A DNA stretch of 63,838 nucleotides, filler included, from Olpidium bornovanus S191 (GCA_017911155.1; 33 parts of 33 records of this genome joined end to end with filler, not necessarily neighbours in it), one strand, 5' to 3'; shown: positions 24,038 to 37,565, numbered from the whole stretch's first letter. Notes: generated by a model not told the origin, from the letters alone. A program made the numbers and translations.

Positions 24038-24967
24038 TCAAAGAGAACACACCGCCTTTACCGCTTTGGCGGCATTGCCGATGATTACTTGCGTAACGCG
24101 GCGAAGTGTCTCGGGGTCCGGTTTCTCGCTAGGTCCCGCGTCCGGCTCCGATATCACGAACTCCAGCAAATCTATCAGCAAGTCGCCGTGGTAAATCAAG
24201 GGGTCGTCGTCGTACAGGTGTATGCCGGATATCGCCCTGTCCAGTAAATGGACACGAGACACCCAGTCGTAGACGTCGTCGGCCGAGTTCCGCGCGCCAA
24301 AGTTCTCCCGGGCGGCCCGGGACAGTTCGTCTGCGACGAAAGCCAGGAAATCGCGGACGGCGTCGTTCGTGAGTAACGCTCGGAGATTCGGGCGGTCGCC
24401 GTCGACCGAGCGGAGTATGTCGGGCACAGGCGGCGAGCTCCACTCTGCTGGTCGGGGATTCAGGAAGGACCAGACCCCGCTGTAGAATTTCCACAATCTC
24501 TCCGCGCGAAACGGATTGCCCTCGGAGAGGACGTGGAGGCGGTTGCCGTTCGGGGCGATGTTGAAGTTCGCCGTTTTAAATTCTAGGATACCCTTCCGTA
24601 TAATATCCTCGTCCGACGGGCTTTCCGACAACAGCAAGTCTCTGATTTCGGCGTAGTCGAAATCCTTATCGTGAAAGTAATTTTCGCTGGAATCCGGAAT
24701 CCCGAGGATCGCCGAGGTTTTCATTTTGTCGACATCCAGGGAGGGAGGGTTGTCGAAGTTGTTGGCGATGAAGTCCACGGTCTGTTTCGCCAGGTTGATG
24801 TGGTCCTGCAACGCGTCCGCAAGGACGTTGCGCCAGATTCCCAGGCCGTCGTCACTGCCGGCGGGACCGGGCGTCGCGGAATGATGCACGCAGTCGCGCG
24901 AAGGGGCGGCGGAGACGAGCGCCGGGGCGGCAGCGACAAGCGCCAGGAGAGAGGCGGCGAGCTTCAT
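24038..24967 (-). CDS. Intronless secreted protein of unknown function (309 aa)
   Basis: Signal peptide MKLAASLLALVAAAPALVSA; complete ORF; AATAAA a few nt after the TGA; only two Cys, one near each end of the mature chain. Confidence 0.8.
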   Translation of the reverse strand: MKLAASLLALVAAAPALVSAAPSRDCVHHSATPGPAGSDDGLGIWRNVLADALQDHINLAKQTVDFIANNFDNPPSLDVDKMKTSAILGIPDSSENYFHDKDFDYAEIRDLLLSESPSDEDIIRKGILEFKTANFNIAPNGNRLHVLSEGNPFRAERLWKFYSGVWSFLNPRPAEWSSPPVPDILRSVDGDRPNLRALLTNDAVRDFLAFVADELSRAARENFGARNSADDVYDWVSRVHLLDRAISGIHLYDDDPLIYHGDLLIDLLEFVISEPDAGPSEKPDPETLRRVTQVIIGNAAKAVKAVCSL

Positions 24968-25185
24968 GGCCGCGACGCATCTCGAGGTGCGTCGCGTTTG
25001 TGTCGAGGAGAAAACCGGCTGTGTAGCGGGTGCCCACGCACGTAGCGAGCACGGTGTCGCGTCCGCCGCTTCCGCATTGAACGCGNNNNNNNNNNNNNNN
25101 NNNNNNNNNNNNNNNNNNNNNNNNNNNNNTTAATTAATTAANNNNNNNNNNNNNNNNNNNNNNNNNNNNNNNNNNNNNNNNNNNN

Positions 25186-26189
25186 CAGGCCGATGACAGA
25201 CAATCTTTTTGTCGTCACCTGCGAGGACTGCAGGAAGACTGTTTTGAAAAGCGTATTCTCCGAGCATCTAAGCACGTTTGGTGCTATTTTGCGAACGTCC
25301 GACTTCTTTGCATTGGGCCTCAAACTAACCCTTTTTGTTAAATATAAGGGCGTTGCCCCGGCCCCGCGGCTGTTTTGCCGCGTCGGCAGGCGGATAAAAA
25401 GGGAACAAAGAATGGTGGGAGAAAGAAAAAGGATTTAGAGGAGACGGACCCGGAGCTCTCGCAAGTCGCAGGGAAGAAGAGGAACACCAAGCCTGAGGCG
25501 GCGGGCGACGGGGACGTTGCTGCAGACGCGAAGGCGGCGAAACCAAAGAAACCCAAGGGGGCGCCAGCAAAACGTATCAAAGGTAAGTATGTGGTCTCTG
25601 GCGTTTGGCGTAGACATGTCGGGGGCGTCAGAAGGTAGACGGCCGTGTTACAGTCAACTCTTCCTAATTCTCCCAGGCGTCTTTTACAGGTCCCGTTGAC
25701 TACGACAAACATTGCGGGGTATTCGTAGAGACCACGGGCATGCCCTGCACCAGGTCTCTCACTTGCAAGACGCATTCAATGGGCGCGAAGCGAAGCGTTC
25801 AGGGCCGATCTCAGTTGTACGATACGCTACTCAGGTTGCATAGGCCGCATCTAGCCCCGGCTCCTAAATGTACGTGGTTGCACACATGCTCGAATGACGG
25901 ACCAACCAGAGCGACAAACTCGACAGGCATGCTTATACGGCGCACCTACGCTTCGCGACGCTCGCGATTGCAGCCCCTCCCAAGCCGAAAGTAACGAAGG
26001 TTCCGAAGGCCACCGCGACCATGGCGAAACAGAACACAGCAGCGGCGCCTTGTGTGCCCGGAAAGGTGGCTGGAGCGGCGAACACAAGCGAGTCAGAAGT
26101 CGAAGAGAAGGCAGCGGGCGCTCCCCCTGCCGCGGACGCGGATATGGACACCGCGGATCAAGAAATAGACGAGATCATCAAGGGCCTCG
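25186..26189 (+). CDS. SGF73: SAGA deubiquitination-module subunit Sgf73/Ataxin-7, internal fragment
   Basis: N-terminal zinc finger VVTCEDCRKTVLKSVFSEHL and SCA7 domain GPVDYDKHCGV...PCTRSLTCKTHSMGAKRSVQGRSQLYDTLL. Confidence 0.92.
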
Positions 26190-27556
26190 NNNNNNNNNNN
26201 NNNNNNNNNNNNNNNNNNNNNNNNNNNNNNNNNTTAATTAATTAANNNNNNNNNNNNNNNNNNNNNNNNNNNNNNNNNNNNNNNNNNNNACTTCGTGGCA
26301 CGGCAGCACTACCACGGCCTCATCAACGCCAACGTGAAGGGCACCAAGGCTATTGGCACGGAATTGTTCACTCTCTGAACCGCAAGCAACAACAAGTACG
26401 GCCTTCGTTTTCCTCTATGTCTCTTCTCCCTTGCTCATTGATAATCTACAATTTTTCCCGTACTCCTTCTTCCCGGTCTCCCCGACGTCACATCGATTGT
26501 CATCTGCACAGCAGCGCTGTGATCGAGTTCACGTTCCTCAGCACCCCGAGAACTGCAGTACAGCGCCATTCCCGAAACGGCATAACAACTTCCTGGCAGC
26601 AGGTTCCCCGCTGTAGCGTCGTTTTTAGTATTTTACAATAATGTAACAGGCTGTGTGTGGTTGAGTGTAAGAGAAGTGCATCGGTTGAATCACGTCCGAA
26701 CGGGTCACCAAAATTCACGCCAACAAACTTATATCTACCGTGAATTATTCCTGTCGCAGACGAATCGCACACGATCAATGGCGGATAGATTAGACGAAAT
26801 TCTGGAAAAGACAACGGACAAACAGCCATCAAGAGCATTTGACGTACCGGGAAAGTAGCCGAGCAGCCTTTTCTCGTGAACCAAAATGATTAAGTGTGTG
26901 TGTTTGTGTGTTAGCACGCAAGCAAGACGAGGGGTAAAAGGACGCGTGCTCCGGTCGAGGCGTACGTGAGGCCAATGTTTCTGGGCAAATGATAAACAGG
27001 CGCGACATAGCCAACGCCACTGTCAACATCACATGAAAGCATCCCAGCCAGCTCTTTTTCCTAACCAGGTGCCGTCTCGTCCAGGCGCGCCGAGAGGAGC
27101 GCGACACGGGAAATTGGGGACCGAGATAGATTCTCGGGAAAAAAAAACGTACATGAGCAAGTCAACGCCGATACCGCGCTCGAGGAGAACGCCTAGTGGC
27201 GCTGTGTCGAACGCACGGCGGAAAAGAAGCGATATCCGCGCCGAGTCGCGTTAACAACAAAGACGAAACGCCGGAAACGTCGGGAAAAGAGCTCCCTGCA
27301 GATCGCTTCCTGACGAGCTCTGTCTCCTTGGGCAAGCAGGCGACTCACGCAGGATGACGGCAAGGAGGAACTTGCAGATGTCGGTGACTTCGAGGGCCAT
27401 CTTTTGTCATCCAACGTTGGAAAAAACTTCGATGGTTCGCGCGCGTGTCCGCGTGGAGAGAGCGGGTGGCCGGGGGGAGAAGCGGAAACTCGCAAGGTTA
27501 TGTGCCTTGTGGGTGCGTGTGAAAGGAAAAACCGAGGCGGGAGCGGGGGAGGAAAG

Positions 27557-27605
27557 GGGTGAGAACGGGTGAGAACGGGTGAGAACGGGAACGGGTGAGA
27601 ACGGG
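27557..27605 (+). repeat. GGGTGAGAAC 10-bp tandem repeat (potential G-quadruplex)
   Basis: (GGGTGAGAAC)x3, then GGGAAC, GGGTGAGAAC, GGG. Confidence 0.85.
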
Positions 27606-28567
27606 GCGGAGACTTTAGCGGCCCAACCAGCAGAGTTGCGCGAACTTCTTCGGACGCAACTGCTTTCGGCGTAGTCTCAACACACGTTGAGTGGCAGTCC
27701 GCCGGCCGTGGAGAAGAGAGGAGCGGATCCGCAGGGGCTTTGCATCAAGATCCGCGTTCCGGGCCGTCGGGAAGGAGGGGAAGGGAGGGGCGTGGCGGTG
27801 GTTGCGAGGGCCACCGCGACAGGCCCCAAGACGTGCTTAATAAATGGCAGATTTGCACAATTGTTTTCCCGAATCTAATTTTGTTGGAGAGCATCGAAGG
27901 CTGTCACCTCAATGTCCCCCGGGATTACTGAAAATCATCTTCTTAAATGGCCGTTATTTGGGCCTGAAAAGAGGTCCACACTATGTGAATCCTACAGTTG
28001 GTTAGGCTTCTCACACCAGACTGGGTTCAATTTCCAATCCGTGCTGTCACATGTACCTGCGGCTTCGCAAGCGTTCCAGGGCCTCCCTGCATCCATTGGC
28101 ATCTTTGTACTGAGCGGCCTGATCGGCCCCAATGACCGTGGCGGCTTTCGCGCCGGCCATGTCAGCTATTTCTGCCGTGACGATCAGGCCGATCGAGGTC
28201 ATCCCTTTGGGTTTCTTTTCACACCTTTTTTTTTACATTCCCCACGTGTGCCATTCACATAACGTTTTCCCGCCAGNNNNNNNNNNNNNNNNNNNNNNNN
28301 NNNNNNNNNNNNNNNNNNNNTTAATTAATTAANNNNNNNNNNNNNNNNNNNNNNNNNNNNNNNNNNNNNNNNNNNNCATGGGAACTGCAGCCGAAAATTA
28401 AAAGCTTTGACTCCCTTGATAATTCCAACCGGCAAGCATCTACATCGACGCAAACAAAAAAAAAAGTGGATTATTTATCCAGCAATGCACTTGTTTCAAG
28501 TCGATAGCTTCCTTGTGTCCCTTGCACTGCGGCGACGTTTGACGAAGAATTCACCTTTCGAGAGGTA

Positions 28568-29818
28568 CTACTTGGAATACTGCTGCGTGATAATTTTTGC
28601 AATCGTCTGTTTTTGGATGTTGCTGGTGCCCTCGTAGATAGCTCCGATCTTCGTTCAAAGAAAAGTGACACGGCGGCGTTACTCACGTGAGCCTGCGACG
28701 GAGCTCCAACCATTTGGTGTGGCGCTCACCTTTGCGTCCCGGTAAAACTTCTCGATCGAAAATTCTGTCCCCGTATTTAGACCATATGCCGAGTGTTGGG
28801 TGAACTCTTGACGCACGTCGCTCCCGAAACCGCAAAAAAAAAGGAAATTCCGGATGGAGCACCCGGACTCCGGGCCGTTACGGACCTCTGGTGAATCCGA
28901 CGCCCCCGACCCACTCGATGGCCTGACTGGCAGCCTTCTCCGCGACCTGGCTTGCGAACAGCTTGGCCATTGCAGCCTCCTTGACGAAATTCGAGCCTCC
29001 CTCCTTGAGTCGCGCCGCGTTGTAAGTGAGCAGACGAGCGGCCTCTATCTCCACAGCCACTTGGGCGTACTGGTGCTGCAAGCCTTGGAAGTCAGCGATG
29101 CTCTGGCCGAATTGCTTGCGCTCGAACATGTACGGCAGCGCATGGTCGAACGCGCCCTGCGCCGCCCCTATCATTTGCGCGGCGATGCCAATGCGCCCCT
29201 CGTTCAGAATCTCAATCGCGTACTTGTAGCCTTTGCCGCCCTCCCCCAGCACGTTCGCCGCTGGCACTTCGACGTCGTCGAAGCTGAGGGCGCAAGTCGA
29301 GGAGGCTTTGATGCCAAGCTGCAAAAAAAAAGTTTTTGACTTGCTTTTTAGCGCCTTGGGATTTCCACTGCTCTCGGAGTGCCGCAGACCGCAATGCGAC
29401 GAGATCATCGTGTTCTCCTCTTTCAAAAAAAAAAGGCTAGCCCACCTTTATTTCTTTCTTGGCAACCTTAACCCCCATATCTTTCTCGAGGACGAAGCAG
29501 CTGATGCCCTTGTAGCCCTGCGAAGGGTCCACGTTGGCGAAGACGAGAAAAATGTCTGCCTCGTACGAGTTCGTGATCCACATCTTCGAGCCGTTAATGA
29601 CGTAGCTGTTGCCCTTCTTTTCGGCTCTCGTTTTCAGGGAAAACGCGTCGGACCCGGCCCCGGCTTCCGAGAGACAGAAGCAGCCGACCTGAAAACGGCA
29701 ACATACACATCAGCTGCAGCCGCGATGACGCGCACTAACACCATCGTGTCTCGTCCGCGATGCGCCATCTCGCCGGTTCACACGAACACGCCTGCGAATC
29801 GGGCTCCCCCCCCCCCCC

Positions 29819-29850
<32 letters not shown>

Positions 29851-31124
29851 AAAAGTTGAATAACCTTACTGTATCAGTCGCCAATCGCGGAAGGTATCGT
29901 TGTTGGATGTCGGAGTTCCCGTATTTGCGGATGAGGGTGTTGACGAGGGTATTCTGCACGTCGCAGATCACCGATACCGACGGGTCGACCTTCGCCAACT
30001 CTAGAATGATGACAATACCGGTTGCGCGTGCAGTACACGTCACTCAAATCGACCAGGGACCCGTCCACGCGCGGAAACAATATTGCATGGCCCTGTCGAC
30101 ATACACGAACCTTCGATAACAAGAATGGCAGACATAAACGACGCGTTCGATCCGCCAAAATTGGAACCCGTTTCAATGCCCATAAGCTGCACAAATCAGG
30201 CCAACGAATTGCCAGTTAAAGTCACCTGCGTCTAGGAATTAACCAATAAAACACGCCCTGCGCTTCCCCCTCCCCCTCACCCCCCTCCCCCCCTTCTTTC
30301 CCTACTGACGCACCCCGTTCGAAAAAAGATCTTGCAGGACCTCTTTGTCCAGCAGCTCAGCCTCGTCCATCGCCTGGACTTTGGGCGCCAGCTTCTCCCT
30401 CGCGTACCGCGCGACTAAAGATGGCGTCGTGCAAACGGAAAAAAGAGGAAATGACACGGATAAACGAAGTGGCGCTTATCGGGCCCTCGCGTCGCAAACC
30501 AGAGAAAGCCATACGCGACTGGCAGGCCCCATTGAGATATTGTCATTTTAAGCCTTACCGGACTCGCGGAACATTCGTTCCTCGTCAGTCAGCGTGTGAA
30601 GCGAGGATAGTTTCATTTCCGCAGACGTCGATGACGACCTTCTGTCGGACGGCCGCCGTGCCAAAAAACGTTCGTTGGCGTTAATCTTCCAGCACTGTGT
30701 GCTTTTTTTTTTTTTCTTTTTCAATCTTCCCTTTTCCTTAGGGAACCGGGCGCGTCCCCGCGCGATCCGGCAACAGTTTTGTTCAAAGAATCGGAGCGAT
30801 CCGCGCCCCATTTTCGGAGGGAACTCAAGTCTTTCCACTTCGTTTCGCCTCGGCGCTTTCAGCCGGAACGACAGCGAGCTCCCCTCCGCAGCCGGGTGGT
30901 CTGTAAGCTGTATGACGCAAGCCCAGGATTTTTTTTTCTTCTTTTTTTTTTGGTTACCTTGCGTTCGCTGCAAGCCTATGCGACGCGGGCGCGAGCCGCG
31001 TGGCCGCGAGAGCGCTCCGCGACCGCAGCGCGGCGGCGGCAAACCCCGCGGCAGCCATCGAACTTCCGCCGCGCAGAGCGATGGCAGGCGAGGCTGCGAG
31101 GGCGTTGGCCAAAACAGATGCCAT
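28568..31124 (-). CDS. ACADSB: Mitochondrial short/branched-chain acyl-CoA dehydrogenase, complete multi-exon gene
   Basis: Ala/Arg-rich presequence; [20 protein letters not shown]; [15 protein letters not shown]; [10 protein letters not shown]; LGIKASSTC; [17 protein letters not shown]; ERKQFGQ; [15 protein letters not shown]...[11 protein letters not shown]; [20 protein letters not shown]; ends QQYSK*. An alternative start is possible at 31058. Confidence 0.95.
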
Positions 31125-31984
31125 CGGAGAAAAGGGGGCCCGGCGGTGGGGAGGTGGGGTGGCGCGGGGGACGGGAGTACAAAGCTTCAGAGGGTTTTGG
31201 GGGAGCGGGAGGAGGGAGGATTCGCTGCTGTGAAACCTTTTTTTTTTGCGAATCAAATGCAAATTACATTCCCCCGCCAAACTCGCCCGAATTCCCCCGT
31301 CCGGCAGCGCACAGGGGAAACCCGACTCTGCTTGTCGTGGGAACAATTCCCTGGTTTTTGAGCGCCATCGACGGCGGCAACTCCGTCACGCTGCGTTTCT
31401 CTTCCTAGAACACCGGCAACAGGGACGAGATGTGACAGTAAATTGAAGATGGTTCCCGGTCAGCGCGCGTAAGGAAAAAAAAGAAAGCAGCAGTATTTGG
31501 ACGGCGACGGACGTAGGGAGGGGAGGCCGAGTACAACCCGCCGGAAGTGAACAGCGCTGAGCGAACATGTGGCGCGCCATCGGCCAGGGACGCATAAAAC
31601 CGTCACCCTTGACTTCAGGCGCCAGATCTCAGACGGGTGAGGCGTACCATATCTTCGAGGTCACCACGTTCGCCACTGCAGAGGTTGTAGGTACATTTCG
31701 TCCTAAGTTTATCACCTGCCGTCAACTGGACGTTCAAAGTAATGGAAGGAGACGCTCTCGACACACTCCGAACAGCCTGGGCCTGGCATTGCCAGTTCTC
31801 TCAAGGACCAACCTACCTACCCGCAGCATTCGTAAAATTAACAGGAAAAGGTTCAAATTACTGAACAGTCCGCTCTGTAACCACGCGGATCGCGTGCCGT
31901 CGTTGCCGTGGACACAGCAGCGTTCGTTTAAGAGTGATTATCCGCTTATACAATTCTCCGCCACATGGTGCATGTCATGGACTT

Positions 31985-32295
31985 GGCACGCCGCTATGTT
32001 CTACCGGGACAGCAGCCGTGATGTCTTTGTCCGCTGGCGTTTCCAAAGCCCGTTTCTCCGGCGGCTTCACGTAAAAAGGGATCTTGCCCCGGATCCAGTC
32101 ATTAAGCACCATCTTCGCCACCGAGCTGTGGTCCGGTTCACCGCCCTAGAACAATAGCATTCGCAATTGAGTCACATGCGGGAGAAACAAAGTAACGCGC
32201 GCTAAACCGGCAAAGCAAACCTTCAGCAATTTCCCGGACTTTTTCGCCAACAGGTCCATAAAGTCCTCGGGGCTCTCAAAGTCCTCAAGGTCGTA
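31985..32295 (-). CDS. NOG2: Nucleolar GTPase Nog2/GNL2, C-terminal fragment
   Basis: [25 protein letters not shown] (32221-32295) spliced to [25 protein letters not shown] (from 32145). The 3' exons are not resolved. Confidence 0.8.
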
Positions 32296-32395
32296 NNNNN
32301 NNNNNNNNNNNNNNNNNNNNNNNNNNNNNNNNNNNNNNNTTAATTAATTAANNNNNNNNNNNNNNNNNNNNNNNNNNNNNNNNNNNNNNNNNNNN

Positions 32396-32455
<60 letters not shown>

Positions 32456-32537
32456 CCCCCCGCCTTCCCCCCCGCCTCCCCCGGCCTCTGCCCCCGTTCT
32501 CTCCCGCCGCCGCCGTCAGTTTCTGCCGGCGTTTGCC

Positions 32538-33674
<1,137 letters not shown>

Positions 33675-33871
33675 NNNNNNNNNNNNNNNNNNNNNNNNNN
33701 NNNNNNNNNNNNNNNNNNTTAATTAATTAANNNNNNNNNNNNNNNNNNNNNNNNNNNNNNNNNNNNNNNNNNNNACAATTTTTTTTTTTTTTTTTTTTTT
33801 TAGCAAGCGCAACGGTGGAGCTTGACTAAGAAGAAAAAAAAAATGGGAGTCGAGCTATCAACAGTGACGCA

Positions 33872-36084
33872 CCTCTTTCGACCCATCCCATGTACCAGAT
33901 ATCGTCGGAGTCGTCGGTGACGATGACTTTGTCGCCCGCCTCGAGCTCCAGTTCTCCGGACTCCACCGGCTGGAAACGGTACTTGGCGTAGTAGACTTTC
34001 GGCGTTGATCGTCCCTTCCTGGTGCTCAGCCGGGAATCCCGGGCCGGTGATTCCGCTTCTGAAACCGGTGCCTTCGCGTCCTGTTCCGGGCTAGGAAATG
34101 GAGACAATTCGTTCATCTCGTGAGTCTCGCCGGGCTCGCGGTCAAGGTGTTTCTGCTGATGAGCGCTGGGAGGCTTGGCAAGGCACGGCGGTTCGAGTGG
34201 CTGGACGGCGCGCGACGCTGGCGGGTCCCACGTCGCCTTCTTGGAGATCTCCGGCGTGTAGCTCTTCCACGCGAGGTCGTTTTTTGCCGTCGCCTCCTCC
34301 AGCTTCTGCCGCTCGTTTCTCCGGCGGGCGAACGCGTAAGCGAAGCCGCCCGCGACAACCGCGAGCACGGACGCGAGTGCGATTCCGACAGCCACTAGGA
34401 CGACCAGGTAGAGTGGTATCGCATCTACTTATTCGAAAGAGGGAGAGCGGTACAAAGAAAATAAACGGCGTCCGACGGCGAAAATAAAAAAAAATAAAAA
34501 ATAAAAAAAGGAAAAACAAGAAGAAAAAGAAGAAAATTGGAGCGGTTTGAAAACTGTCGCCAGTAACGGAGCGTGTTACTCACTTGCAGGAAATAACCCA
34601 AAATCGCCAGTCCCAAATATCATCCTGACATCTGAACCTTGTGGGACGTAAACAAGCGGGAACCAGTCCTTTCCGTGCAGCAACCCGGCGGCGGGGCAAC
34701 GGGACGATCCCGAAAAATTGGCGGCCGCCGCATCGGCGGAAGCGGTCCAGCAGAGGTCGCTCCCGGCGACGAGTACAGCGTGGTCAGCGAAGTCCGGGCC
34801 TCGATAGGACGAGGCCGACGATGTCGGCGGACGCGACCCGGGAGGGAAGACACCCACGACGCGAAGGTGCCGCATCCGGGCTCCCGGCGTCATGTTGCCG
34901 AGTGCGACGAAGCGAGAGCCGTCGTAGAGGTACACGTAACCGTTGACCCCCGCGACGTAGAAGTTCGTCGGTTCGGCGGGATTTGCCGCAATGCGCGAAG
35001 CCGGGCCGGGAAGCCCAGAGTCGTCCGTTGGAAATTTGGTAGCAGAGCCGTCGTCCAAATCAATTTCTCCCACGTAGCGTGTGGGCGACGTGAAATGGCC
35101 GCAGACGATGATCCTATCCTGCGGAGAAAAAGTTGCCAGTTACAGCGGAAAGCATTATCGCAATAACACGACCGTACGGCCAAATTCAGATCGCGCCCGC
35201 TGCGAAGCTACGGGGATTATGAGGGGAGGTCCGCCTTTCCCGGGAATGCCGGTGACTCACATCATTAAAAGCGATGTCCTCTATTGGACCTCCGGTGAAA
35301 CCCGGTCCTATGGCAATCCACTCCTTCGTGACGATGCTCAGGAAGCACAAATTGATGCACCTTCGTCCTTCGGCAGCAGCTACAAGGAACGAACCAGCAA
35401 CTGCGATAATCAAATCTTGGCCGGGTACTTGTTTGATGACGTTGACAACAGGCGCAATGCTGCCGGGAACGGGTGAGAGCCTGGCAGGCTGACTTTCCGG
35501 CAACGGATTTATGACGGGCTGGTGCGCCGGCGTAATATGGTAATACCATACGACGAGAGCCGGGTAAGAGTCTTGAGCTTGTCCGTCCGCCGAGACGGTT
35601 GCGAGAAAATCGCCTCCGATTATTAGGGACTTCAACGACGTGTACAGAATACTGTTCACCTCGCCGTTTACGACGTTGCGGTTCCGAAGGTGAAATGGAT
35701 CGCCAAAGGGTATCCATTCTGTTCCGTTCCAGAGGGCGACGTTTTTCGTCCCAGACCGCGTCTGAAAGCGCCCGCCGACCAAGATAACGCTGCCGTCCTC
35801 GACAGTTTTCCTAGGATCGCCGCCGGGGATGGCGTCAAGAAAGAAGGCTGTGTTTACGGCGCTGGAAGTATTCGACGACGCAATCAACGGGCTGAACGGC
35901 GGGGCCAGGCCGTTGAAGTTCCACGTGGCTGGGAAGCCGTCGCCGTCAAGGTAGCCGACTCCAGATGACTTCAGGTAGAACGCCTGCTTGATTGGGCCGG
36001 CAAAGAAATCGAATGTTCTGCCGCTGCCAAGCGTGGCGGACGCGAAACCGTCCAGGCGGCCGTCAATGTAGGGCGCAGCCCATG
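33872..36084 (-). CDS. RAX2: Rax2-like type I membrane polarity protein with cytoplasmic SH3 domain, 5'-truncated
   Basis: Propeller-like repeats VILVGGRF...NVALWNGTEWIPFG and IAVAGSF...CINLCFLSIVTKEWIAIGPGFTGG resemble the Rax2 domain. TM segment IPLYLVVLVAVGIALASVLAVVAGGFAYAFARRR. SH3 motif YYAKYRFQPVESGELELEAGDKVIVTDDSDDIWYMG. Confidence 0.72.
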
Positions 36085-36349
36085 NNNNNNNNNNNNNNNN
36101 NNNNNNNNNNNNNNNNNNNNNNNNNNNNTTAATTAATTAANNNNNNNNNNNNNNNNNNNNNNNNNNNNNNNNNNNNNNNNNNNNAGGCTGCCACTGGCTT
36201 CCGCGTCTCCGGGTCACGCGCAACCTTATCCGAGTCACGTGCCGGGACACGCGGCGCCGCTCCCGCACCCGCGCCCGCGCCCGCCGCCGGCGGGGAACGA
36301 GGGCGTTGTGAGAGACGAGGAAGCGCAAAAAGAACGCGGCCGAAGGGAC

Positions 36350-36665
36350 GACGGCGGCCGACGGCGGCGGCGGCGGCGGCGGCCGCGCAGGAAGGGAGAC
36401 GAGGCGGCTGAGGAAAGGAGCCGAGAGAACGGAGACGACTGGCGGCGGCGGAGGGAACGCGATCAGCGTCTCCCCCCCCCCTCCCCCCTCCACCCCGCCC
36501 TTCACACAGGGACGGCGGCCGACGGCCCGGCAGGAAGGAGGACGAGGCGGCCGAGGAAAGGACCCGAGAGAACGGTAACGACTGGCGGCGGCGGAGGGAA
36601 CGCGATCAGCGTGCCCCACCCGCCCCGCCTCCCCAACCCCCAAACCCCGCCCTTCACGCAGAGGG
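36350..36665. repeat. Imperfect tandem duplication, period 143 bp
   Basis: GACGAGGCGGCYGAGGAAAGGA...GACTGGCGGCGGCGGAGGGAACGCGATCAGCGT...CCCCGCCCTTCAC occurs at 36398 and 36541. Confidence 0.85.
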
Positions 36666-37293
36666 CGGGAGCTGCCCTCGTGGTGTGCCTCAGTGCGCGG
36701 CGCCGGGCCGCCGCGAGCGCCTGTGCCGCCCCCCGCCGGTGCCACGCTGTCCGCTGGTGCAGACGGCCCCTGTGTGCGGCCGACGTTTTGCTGAGCTCAA
36801 AAAAAAGGTAGCGGGCGCCCCCCTCCTTCGCCCGCTTCTTTTTTCCGTCCGGCCCCGCCCCCCGCCCGCTGGCTCGAAAGCAAGCACGGTCCCCTGCGCG
36901 TTTCTCCGTCAGGGCGAGCTGCCTGCCGGGACTCTCTGTATGGTGTGACGTTTGCGACAGTCAGCAAGACCGAGTGTGTTGCTGTGGCTTGGTTGAGGAA
37001 AGAGCTTCGCGGGAGAACCCGGGAACACGCTGTGCAGCTGACACTGCAGCCTACTATCACTCACGAACCAGCTGCACGGCAAAGGAGGCCACCCAGCCTT
37101 TGTCCGGGAACGCACCCGCCATTTGACTTCGCTGCAAGCGCGTTGACCGGAGGGCAAAAAACGGAAAAAAAAAAAACGAAAACGTTGTTCTTCNNNNNNN
37201 NNNNNNNNNNNNNNNNNNNNNNNNNNNNNNNNNNNNNTTAATTAATTAANNNNNNNNNNNNNNNNNNNNNNNNNNNNNNNNNNNNNNNNNNNN

Positions 37294-37446
37294 GCTTGGT
37301 GGGTGAGGTTTCCTCGTCTGCTTCCCCATTTGACACGACTCGCAGGCTTCTGCGGGTGCCCAGAGCTTCGCCTTCGTTATTTCCCCGTTGACTTGCTTCT
37401 GGAGTAATCGGAGGGTCCTTTGGCCTAGGTGCCCGAGTCGAGCATG
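37294..37446 (-). mobile_element. Ty1/Copia pol remnant (GAG-pre-integrase / integrase HHCC region)
   Basis: HARLGHLGQRTLRLLQKQ...ACESCQMGKQTRKPHP matches the Copia (W)HxRLGH...CxxCxxGKxxRxP signature. Confidence 0.8.
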
Positions 37447-37565
37447 CCGCCGGATCCCCCGGTGACCCCGTCGGGCGGGAACACAAGCTCCGGAGACGAC
37501 GGACGCACCAGCGGGGGTGTTCCCCCGCACGCCCGGAATCGGGCAGCATCTTCTTCGCGCGGTCC

